Part shown: piece by piece, positions 16,117 through 25,700 of the stretch
How the letters are laid out: every line of letters begins with the position of its first letter
Numbering within the stretch: position 1 is the first letter of the stretch
Source of the DNA: an archaeon
GTDB taxonomy: Archaea; Iainarchaeota; Iainarchaeia; Iainarchaeales; JANQMZ01
DNA length: 32,000 nucleotides
Reading direction: 5' to 3'
NCBI GenBank assembly: GCA_028279805.1
Contig: JANQMZ010000007.1
Location: 330,001 to 362,000, forward strand
The notes under the pieces: generated by a model
Database searches by the model: none
The model's input: the letters and a program-made list of their open reading frames with translations, nothing else
Told to the model about the DNA's origin: nothing
Made by a program: the position numbers and the translations under genes

Positions 16117-18402
16117 TCAGCCTTTTTCTGAAAGCACTTTTTTTACAAGAGATTTTTCAAACCATTGTTTCCATTCTTTTAAAACCTCATCATAATCAAC
16201 TTTGCCATGTTCATCAATCTGCCTTTGTTTTAACAATAAAAGTTTGTCATTTGCAACTGAAGTGTTTTCCGCTTCAAGCAGGTTTGGAATTTTATGCTTG
16301 TTTTTCATTTCAACCATAAAAGATTTTGAATTTCCACGCATGGTTATTTCTTTCCACATTTCACTTGTTGTCAAACCCGATGTTCTTGAAATTTTTTCAA
16401 ACAAAACACTTTTTTTAAAATTTTCTTCAAGCAATTCAAGCTTGTCTTTTTTTGCATCATATAACATTAAATCAAGCAAGCCGTCTTCCTGTTGAGGGTC
16501 ATCTGTCCAGTTTTTTCCAACCTCGGTTAACTGAACAACTCGTCTTTGTCTTTTCAAAGAACCTGCAAAACGAATCGGCCTTGCCACAACAATCAAATCA
16601 GTTGCCTTAAAACTTGTTGAAGGGACACCCAAATCATTAACAACTCTGTCCCAGACACTGTAAGCAGAATCACCATGAATTGTTCCCATTACAATGTTTC
16701 CGGCTGCACCAACTCTCATTGCTTCATACAAAGTTTTAGCTTCAGTGGAACGCACCTCTCCCAAAACCAGAGCAGAATCACCCAATCTTAAAGCGGTTCT
16801 TAAAGAATCTTCAGGGGAAACCTCTGTTTCAGATTTGCTTACACCAATTGGTGACCTTGTTTTTAATCTTTGAACATTAAAACCAATTCTTTTCATGTAC
16901 TCGGCAGGCAACTCCAGTGTATCTTCCTGTACAATTATTCTGGCGCTTTTCAAAATTTCCTGCATGCATGAACCAAGCAAAGAAGTTTTGCCTGAACCTC
17001 TGGAACCGGTTACAAGCATTGTTGCCTGATTGTCAATAAAAAAAGAAATTAATCCTGCTGCCATTGGATTCAAAAAATCAACATCAATAAACTGTGACAA
17101 CGTCCAGGGAGAAAGCTTGTGTAAACGAAAAGCAAAAGCTATGCCGTCCGGAGCCAAAGGCGGCCCAATAACTGCAACCCTTGTATCCAAGTCTTCCAGA
17201 TCCAAATCCAAAACAGGGTGAGCTTCATCAAAAGGCCTGCCGGACATCGCCCTCATTTTTGTAACCAAAGCCTGTGCTTCATTTTCGGTGTACATTACAT
17301 TTGTTCTGCATTGCCCGTAATCCGAATGCACTAAGTAAATGGGGTTTTGGCCAATGGGAGAATCCAGATAAATGTCTGTAATTTTTCTGTCTGATAATAA
17401 TATTTCAAGAATGCCATAACCAACAGTGTAACGGGCAACAATTGATGATAATTCTTTTATTTCTTCAGGGGTAAGCGAAATGTCATTTTGTTCCGCAATA
17501 TCCTTAATTGTGCTGCGGTAAATTCTTTCAAAATATTTTCTTGACTGTGCAACCGTGCTTAAAGAAGTTTTGCCCGGCTTGTATCCTGCAACAACTTCTT
17601 TTGCCTTGCTTAAAACAAAATATTTGTCAGGAGTTAAACTGTATTCAGGCGGGTTGATAAAGTAAAGGTTTTGGGTTTCATTCGGATGTTCAAAAATCTG
17701 TACATTGGAATTTAAAACATTGTAATCATCAAGCAGTACAAGTTTTTCATCATCACGAAATGTTAATCTTGCTCCGATAAAAGCAGGCTTTAATTCTGCT
17801 TCAAAAAAACTTTTATAAATGTCTTTTGTTTCAGGAACTTCTTTTAAAGATAATAAAAACTTTTTTGCTTTTTTGATTAATTCTGTCTGCTCAAAACTTT
17901 CCTTTAAATAATTTAAAGTCTGCAGGTAAACTTCAGCATCCTCTTTGTATTCTTCGGTTCCGTTTGCAATTTTTTCATTTTCTTTTGCAAATTCCTGCAG
18001 GCAAGTTAAATAAGACATGATCGGGTCAAACGAAATTAAATCATGTGCAATTCTTACAACAACTTTGTAGCGTCGTGCATAATCTGTTTCCTGTTCAGGT
18101 GTTTTTGATTTTCCCAAACGGGAATAACTCCACATGTTTTCAGATTCAAATTTTTGTTTTAATGCGGCTATCTCCGACAGCATTTGTGTCTGGTTTTCAT
18201 CATAAATTCTTTCATAAACATCTGACAAAATTATTTGGTCGGCATCAACTTTGTCCAAAACTGATAAAACGTGGTACATGCAATGCCGGTCATCAGCAAT
18301 TGAGGCACCATAAACACAGTCCTTGCATTTAAAGTATAATTTTTTTTTACCCGCGTCTTCTTTGACCTGGTAATCTCCTACCTTAAATCCGCCTATTTTC
18401 AT
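16117..18402 (-). CDS. Type II/IV secretion system ATPase (GspE/PilB/TadA superfamily)
   Basis: Walker A VTGSRGSGKTSLL, GEVRSTEAKTLYEAMRVGAAGNIVMGTIHGDSAYSVWDRV, and ASP-box-like IVQEDTLELPAEYMKRIGFN. The SD CAGGTG lies upstream of the ATG. Confidence 0.95.
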   Translation of the reverse strand: MKIGGFKVGDYQVKEDAGKKKLYFKCKDCVYGASIADDRHCMYHVLSVLDKVDADQIILSDVYERIYDENQTQMLSEIAALKQKFESENMWSYSRLGKSKTPEQETDYARRYKVVVRIAHDLISFDPIMSYLTCLQEFAKENEKIANGTEEYKEDAEVYLQTLNYLKESFEQTELIKKAKKFLLSLKEVPETKDIYKSFFEAELKPAFIGARLTFRDDEKLVLLDDYNVLNSNVQIFEHPNETQNLYFINPPEYSLTPDKYFVLSKAKEVVAGYKPGKTSLSTVAQSRKYFERIYRSTIKDIAEQNDISLTPEEIKELSSIVARYTVGYGILEILLSDRKITDIYLDSPIGQNPIYLVHSDYGQCRTNVMYTENEAQALVTKMRAMSGRPFDEAHPVLDLDLEDLDTRVAVIGPPLAPDGIAFAFRLHKLSPWTLSQFIDVDFLNPMAAGLISFFIDNQATMLVTGSRGSGKTSLLGSCMQEILKSARIIVQEDTLELPAEYMKRIGFNVQRLKTRSPIGVSKSETEVSPEDSLRTALRLGDSALVLGEVRSTEAKTLYEAMRVGAAGNIVMGTIHGDSAYSVWDRVVNDLGVPSTSFKATDLIVVARPIRFAGSLKRQRRVVQLTEVGKNWTDDPQQEDGLLDLMLYDAKKDKLELLEENFKKSVLFEKISRTSGLTTSEMWKEITMRGNSKSFMVEMKNKHKIPNLLEAENTSVANDKLLLLKQRQIDEHGKVDYDEVLKEWKQWFEKSLVKKVLSEKG

Positions 18403-18497
18403 TCAAGCACCTGAAACTGCTTAAAAAAGGGGTTAGGAATTATTAAACTTAACTTTAAAGCGGTTTTATCAGCAGGAATGCATGTTTTAAGGGAAAG

Positions 18498-18505
18498 TTA
18501 TATAT
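18498..18505 (+). promoter_or_regulatory. Candidate TATA box (TTATATAT) for 18528..18944
   Basis: TTATATAT ends over the track's first ATG (18504). The second in-frame ATG (18528) is ~26 nt from its centre, which suggests a leaderless transcript. Confidence 0.5.
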
Positions 18506-18527
18506 GAGTAAAAAGGCTTTTTTTAAC

Positions 18528-18944
18528 ATGAGAAAAAAACGCTGGCTGCCTGAATGGGTTGAACGATTGTTCAGTGCCGGAAAAAGAAGGGAAATGCTGA
18601 GAAGAAAAAACAAAGAACTTTTGGATAAAGCATTTAACTGGATTCCCCCCATGGAAGTCAGAGAATTAGACCATTTGTTTGAAACGGGCATACTGGCGTC
18701 TTATAAAGTCAGGGATTCCGCATTGCTTGAAAGGCTTCCCGTTGAAACCGTTACAGTTCACAGCGGAGAAAATGCAAGGAAAAAAGTGGAAAGAGTTTTA
18801 ATAAAAACCGGAACAAGTAAAATTGAAACAGGAGTAACGCTGGAGTTACCCGGATTAAAAATAATTCATTTATTTAAAACAGAACAAATTAATCCGGAAG
18901 CGATACCGGTTAAAAAACCAGCCGAAGAAGAATTTAAAATATGA
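18528..18944 (+). CDS. Small soluble protein of unknown function
   Basis: MRKKRWLPEWVERLFSAGKRREMLRRKNKELLDKAFNWIPPMEVRELDHLFETGILASYKVRDSALLERLPVETVTV... The track start is 18504. Divergent from the ATPase gene. Confidence 0.65.
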   Translation: MRKKRWLPEWVERLFSAGKRREMLRRKNKELLDKAFNWIPPMEVRELDHLFETGILASYKVRDSALLERLPVETVTVHSGENARKKVERVLIKTGTSKIETGVTLELPGLKIIHLFKTEQINPEAIPVKKPAEEEFKI

Positions 18945-19062
18945 TAAATTTAAATAAAAAAAATTAAACAAAATTAAAATTATAAGAAACAAAAAAAGGA
19001 AAAAGTGTTAAAAAAAAATTAAATGAAATGTTAAAATTGTTAAAAAAAACTGGTGTTGTTAA

Positions 19063-19596
19063 ATGTTTGAAAATTTTTTTAAAAAAAAGAAAAAATATCT
19101 GGAAAAAGAATCACCAAAAGCAAAAAAATTTTTGTTTATTTTTTTAATTGCATTTATTTTATTAAACTCGGTCTTATTGTTTGTTCCATTACAGGTTTTT
19201 GAATTACCGATTGCGCATCTGACTTTGTTTTATTTAACATTAAAAGGAATGCAGGGGCAAATTGTTTTACAGGAACCTGTTTTGATTTCAATGAGTTCAG
19301 GTTTGCAGATTATAATTTCTTATTTGTGCACAGGCTTAATGGAATTGTTTGTATTATGGGCAAGCATTATTGCTTCAATAGGCATAAGCATTAGAAAAAG
19401 AATTCTGGGCCTGGTTTTTGGCTTAATCGGGACGCAGATTTTTAATCTTATAAGAATTTTTATAACACTGGAATTTATTCTAAAATCAAACATTGACACA
19501 ATCGTTTTTGTGCATGATGTGCTGTTTAGGGTAACCCTTTTAGCTGTAATAGCAGGCTTATATGCAGCATGGTTTTACTGGGCAACAAGAGAATGA
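19063..19596 (+). CDS. Exosortase/archaeosortase family protein (transpeptidase-like)
   Basis: Multi-TM 177-aa protein with the three family landmarks in order: Cys89 in SYLCTGLMEL, Arg131 in QIFNLIRIFITL, His151 in VFVHDVLFR. Confidence 0.82.
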   Translation: MFENFFKKKKKYLEKESPKAKKFLFIFLIAFILLNSVLLFVPLQVFELPIAHLTLFYLTLKGMQGQIVLQEPVLISMSSGLQIIISYLCTGLMELFVLWASIIASIGISIRKRILGLVFGLIGTQIFNLIRIFITLEFILKSNIDTIVFVHDVLFRVTLLAVIAGLYAAWFYWATRE

Positions 19597-19721
19597 AAAT
19601 ATTTTTATTCAAAGAATACCTTAGAATAACGCCTTTAAACAGCAGAAAAAGGATGAAAAAAAGAATTAAATAGTAATTTATTCATAAGTTAATGAGAACA
19701 GGTTAATAGTTGGTGTTCTGA

Positions 19722-22700
19722 ATGGTAATGGAACAAATAGGGCGGTTTTATGCAGGAATAGAGGAAAAATGGTATAATTTTGCCGATGCCCTTGAAAAAA
19801 AAGGAATTCCGTTAACCATTTATACAAATTTTTTGGAAGAAAAAGGCATTCCTTCACTGCCTTTTACGATAGGAACATTCATATTGCTTGTAGGAGTTTT
19901 TTACTTTTTTTTAATAATGAATGCGGGAATAAACCCAACATTGCAGTTAAGTGTTGTTGACCAGGTTGGCAATCCTGTTGGCGGAGTACAATTAAATGTT
20001 TCAGGCCCGGGATTTGATTCTTTTACAAGAAATGTGGGCAGCTCGGAATTATTGGCTTTGGCGCCGATGAATGTTGGTTCAGTTGTTACAATAAAAGCAT
20101 CAAAAGAAAATTATTCAAGCACAACACAGGAAATAAAAATAAGCGGGGAAACTCAGCCTGTTAAAATAGTTCTTGAAACAAATTTTAATCACATTGTGGG
20201 GCAGGCAAGCTTTGTTGATGCTGAAACAGGAACAGTTATAACAGATATTACTGGCGCAACTGTTACTGATGCGTTAGGCAGAACATACCGGGGCAGGGTT
20301 TCAGACGGAAAAGTTGTGTTTGCAAATGTTCCGGAAGGAGAAGAGCTTGACATTTTAATAACAACAAGAAATTATGAAGAATATGATAATACCATAAGCT
20401 TTTCTGAAAATGAAATTCCTGCAATTGAATTAATGCCAATACTGGCAGGCTTTGCGGCAAAAACAGATTTGTTAATAGAGGTAAGAGATGAAACGGGAGA
20501 ATTTGCAAAAAATGTTTTAATAAAAATTTTAAACGAATCAGGTGAAAGCATTTATGAGGAAGACTCGGAAACGGGAACGTTTCAGGCACAGCTTGACGAA
20601 AGAAAAATTGTTCAGATTGTCGTAGAAAAAGAAGATTACCTAATTTTTAATTCGGAACCGTTTACTTTGACAGGAGATGAAACACAGTACACTGTTAATT
20701 TAAGAAAAGGCGGGGAAAAATTAACGATTACTGTTGTAAACCAGGCAAGCACTCCTTTAAGCAATGCTTTTGTTGCATTGCACAATTTTGAAGGAAAATT
20801 TGTTGACAGCAAGGAAACAGGAATTGATGGCATTGCAGAATTTGCAAACCTTGACCCGAATTTGGCATATTTTGTGTCAGGCTCAAGATCAGGTTTTTTG
20901 GCTGAAAGAATGAACGTAGAACCTGCTAAAACTGAAAATGTTATTTTAAGGCTTGAAGGAATAAGCCCTGCCAATTCAGTTAATGCAAAAGTTTTTGTGT
21001 TTGAATCAGAGGTGTCACCGGCAAACAATTCAACTGTTTCATTTTTTGAAATAACTGAAGACAAGGAATTGCCTTTAGGGTTGCCTCCTGCAAGAACAAA
21101 CATTACAGGACTGGTTGAATTCAAAGTAAAACCTAATACAAATGTTTTGGTTAAGGCTCAAAGAGGTTTAATGGAATCAGAGGCAAGTTTTGTTCCCGAA
21201 ATTGGAAAAGAAAATGAAATCAGGATTATTTTGGAATTGCCCCCAACAATTACAAGGTTAAATTTTGTTGATGAAACAGGAAAACATCAGAAAGGTTCCG
21301 TGCTTATTACAACAGAATCGGGGGATACGTTGTTTGATGGAAAAATAGAGTCAGGAAAAATTTTGTTTAATTCTGATAATTACAAATCGGTTATTGTTAA
21401 CGTGGAATTGGAAGACGGAACAACTTACACTGAAAAACTTTTGATTGGAAATGAAAAAGAATTAAGTTTAACTGTTGCAGGGGAAAAAAATTCAGGAGCA
21501 AAACCGGAGTTAGAATTTTTGGGAATATTTAATGAACAGGGTCAAAAAGTTGAAGCAATTTCAAAAGAAAAGCCGTATTATTTAAAATTTAAAACAGTTT
21601 TTGCACCGGGAACAGCAAAAGCTGGACTGCATGTAAGGCTGGGTCCGGATTCAGTCAAATATGTTGACTCGCAGGGCATGGGAATTTTAGGATTTGATGC
21701 TGTAACGGGAAATTATTTTTTAGGCACAACTTATACTCCTGAACCTTTGCCGGGAAACGAATCAATTGACAAGCAAAATTCCGGTGGAAAAGAATCTTAC
21801 AACAAACTGGTTGAATTGTATTATTCTGAACCGAATGAAATTGAAATTGCAAAAATTAAGGTTCAGGCAAGACAGACTTTTGATGCAAAAGAATTTGATG
21901 TTCATTACAGGGCATGGGTTGAAACATCGGGAAAAATTTACAGAGAACCTCAGGATAAAGAACTTGGAAATGAAAGATTTTCATCAGTCAAGTCAGGGTT
22001 GTATGCTGAAACCCAGAGAACAAGTGTAAAAGTGTCTGAATCGCAGGTGCATTGCGGTGAAAACATTTGCGCAGATTATGTTTTTGTAGATGAGTCAGGA
22101 TTAGTGTTTGAAGAAAATGAATTCAAGCCTGTTCTGGGAAAAACTTATGCATTGCAAATGAATCTGAATTCGGGGCAAACTGTTACCCCGAGCGTTTTAA
22201 TTTCAACTGAAAAGCAGGAACCAAAAATTTTGTTTTCAAGTTACCAGGTTCAGGCTTTCGGAGCTTTTCCGGGAGGAGACGCAAAAAGAGTTGAATTAAG
22301 AGTTGAAGGTTTAAGGATTCTGGCAAATCAGGAAAGAAATGTCAGGGCATTTTTTAAAACAGATAATGCAGGTTCAAGTTTTGTTAATGTAAAAATTGCA
22401 TTAGGCGAAAACATTACAGAAAAAACATTTTACTTTAATGTTTCAAAACAAAAAGAATTTGAAATAGAAGTTGTTCCTGAAAAAATTTTCGTAGGAGACA
22501 ATTTTGTAATACTTTTAACAGATACTGAAACCGGAAGCTTGATTGAAAATGCAACAATACAACTGGAAACAACAAAAAATGAACTTGTAAGGACTGTAAT
22601 AGGAAACGGTTCAATTGACAGGGGTGCAGGCGGAAGATATTTGGTAAAAGAAGGAATGGGAATAGGAGAATACAGGGCAATAATTTCAGCACCTGAATAC

Positions 22701-25700
22701 AAAACAATTGAATATCCTTTGCTGATACTGGAAGAAGGTTTAATTGAACTGGCAGATGTTAAAATTTCTCTGGCTCACAGCCAGTCAAAATCAGGAGTAA
22801 ATGCTGTTTTGACAAATAAAAGCAAATTTTCTCTTGAAAATGTTTCAATTGAAATAAGAGAGGATTCACAATGGCCTGATGAGTTAAGATTAAAGCTTGT
22901 AACAGAACCTCAAAAAGTCGGGTCAAACGGGAAAGCAAGTTTCAGAATTGAAGCGGAATACACAGGAGAACTGGAGGAAAGGGCGTACGGAGAAGCTGAC
23001 CTGATTGCATCAGGTTTTATTGCCGGAAAATTTTACTCTCAAACAATTTCAAGAATAAGAGTTTCATACAATGAACAGTTTGATGCTGAATGTCTGGCTT
23101 TTGACAAAAAAAACATAGATGTTTCAATGCTGGGAATAACGGGGAACCAGCAAACAGTTTCGTTCAGGGCAACAAACAATTGCGGAAAACAATTGGAATT
23201 AAAGCCTGAAGTTTCAGGAGAACATTCGGATAAGGAATTAAGATTGCAGCCATCTGACATTATCATAAGGGCAGGGGAAGAAAAAGAATTTGATGTTGAT
23301 GTTTCAAACAGAATTAACCGTTACTATTCAGGACCAGAGGAAAGAAAATTCAGAGTTTATTACAGAAGCCCTCAGATAACAAAAGTTTTGGACATAAGAA
23401 TTTTACTGACTCACCCCTCATTTTCCCTGCAGACAAATGACAACATTGACGTATTTTTAAGCCCTGAAGAAGGAAGCTCAAAAGCAACAGGGCATGGAAA
23501 TCTTTTCATAAAAAATGTTGGTTCAAGAGCAATTGAAGCAATAAATATTTCACCAGGAGCAACCCAAAGCAATATTACCCTAAGAGTATTGCCAGTCGGA
23601 GGATTATACGGGCAAGGGTCACAGGCAGTTGGATTGCCACACCCTACAAGAGGAGCTGCAACAATTTTTGACATATTATCATTAGGCTCTTTTACTCCGG
23701 CAAAAACACCTTACCTGGAACCACAGGCACTGGCTTTCTCACCTACAAAAAGACCTGTTTACGGAGGATTAGATGTATCAACACAACAGTTGAGGCCCGG
23801 GGAACAAATCAATCCGCCGATGACAATTTACGCGGAAACAAGTGCATTAAAAACATTGCCACGGGAACCGCAAAAAAGAATTCTTGAAATTTCAGGAGTA
23901 ATTGACGGAAGAAGATATCCTTTGAAAACTGTTACAGTTTGGCTGCACGCATCATCACCACAATGCTTAAAGATTTTCGGAGCAAACAACAAGGCTTTCA
24001 GAAGCGGCGATTCTTCAGAGGGAAGCATCAGCCACAATATTGATATTAAAAATGACTGTGGGGAAGAAGTTAGAAATATTTCAATTGAACCTGAAAACTT
24101 TGGAGGAAACACATTCGAGTTGGTTCCGTTGGACACATCTTTTTTGAGACAGGGGCAAAGAGCATCATTTAAATTAATTTTAAAGAAAGGCTCGGATTAT
24201 TCAACTTTGGAAGGAAGAACTGAAACATTGTTTGTGAAAGGATTCCTTGTAAGAACTCAAAGATTTATTAAATCGGCCCCGATTAGCGGAATAATAATTG
24301 AAATAGGCCAAAAAGCGGAAGCAATCGGAAAAGCAACAAGCCCTGTCGCAATACCAGTATGTGAACTGCCAGAAGAAGACGGCTTGGCTGTCAAGTTTCC
24401 GGTAATTGCAAAAGGAAATGATTGTACAACAGGTTATTGTGATGCGGAACAGTTTTCAGAATTTTTACTTGAAAAACTTGACAACAAAGTTTCAGATGTT
24501 CAGAGAAAAATCAGGGCAGGTTCGGGAAATACTGCAAGCTTTGCAGGCTGTGACCCGACACAACCATTTTGCAGTTTTTCAAGCATGGGCGTAATATCGG
24601 CGCCTGTTTATTCATATTTCCAGAATGACTTGCTGAGCAAGGATGTAATAAAACATGTTCAGGATCAGGGCAGGTATAAAAGTGTTCAAAAAATGCAGCC
24701 TGAATTCAGGCAGGTTGACATTGAAAAATTAAACGCAAGCTTTACAATTAACCAGTTAATGATATCAGAAGTAATAAGAGGTTGTGGACGGTATGAATTA
24801 AGTTTTGACGGAGCTGTACAAAATGTCGGAGGCAAGCTGTTAGAAAACAACATTGTTTTACAGGTTAATGTTATCGGAAAAAGCCATACGGATGAATGCA
24901 ATCCTACAAAAATTCAGAACATTATGAACTTTTTGCCGCAGGATGAAGGCCTGACAACTCTTGACAGGAAAGGAACATGGCTTGGATTAATTCAGTATGA
25001 GTCAAGAAATGAAGGATTTAAGGAATTGGCTTCAGACTTGTCAAACACTTTGTTTGGAACTGAAACAGGCAGGACAACCACAGGAGCAACGGGAACAAAC
25101 AGATTGAATTTGGAATTAGGGGAACTGGAAGGAAACAGCATTGTAAAAATTGAAACAGACCAGCGTTCTGAAGAAACACCGCAGCCAAGAAATTCAAAAG
25201 TAATTTTAACAGATTTATATGCCCAAAGCTCTGAAGCTTACAGAAATGAAATCGGAAAAGAAGCGGGAAAAGCTTTGGCTGCATTAAAACAAAGCCAGAT
25301 TAAAGGTTGTATTGCACAGGATGAATCATACTTGTTGTTGGAATCAGCTGAAGATGTTGGCAATACAAAAATAACAGGACCAAAAGGATTACCTTTAACA
25401 ACTGCAGAATTTTGTTCAGCTTACAAAGTTGAAAGTTCTTTAATCGGAGGGGAAATAGAACTTGAAGCAAGCACTGAAACTGATCCGGTGCCGGGAATTG
25501 AAAACATTGTTTTAAAAAATTCAAACGGAGAAGAACTGGGAAACAATGGAAGCAATGTTTATACAACAGACAATGGCGTGCCGATAAGATTAAATGAAAA
25601 TGAGGAAACAGGGCAATTTGAATATGAATTCCAGTTATGTGTTGACGGAAAAGGACCTGTTGTGTTTGAAGCTCGTGACCAAAATGTTGCACTGCAGGCA

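Noticed and set aside
13800-18402. Plus-strand shadow ORFs (e.g. 14161..14388, 15557..15766, 16202..16495, 18045..18332)
   Set aside because: They are antisense to well-supported T2SF and ATPase genes, and no domain or start signal was recognised.
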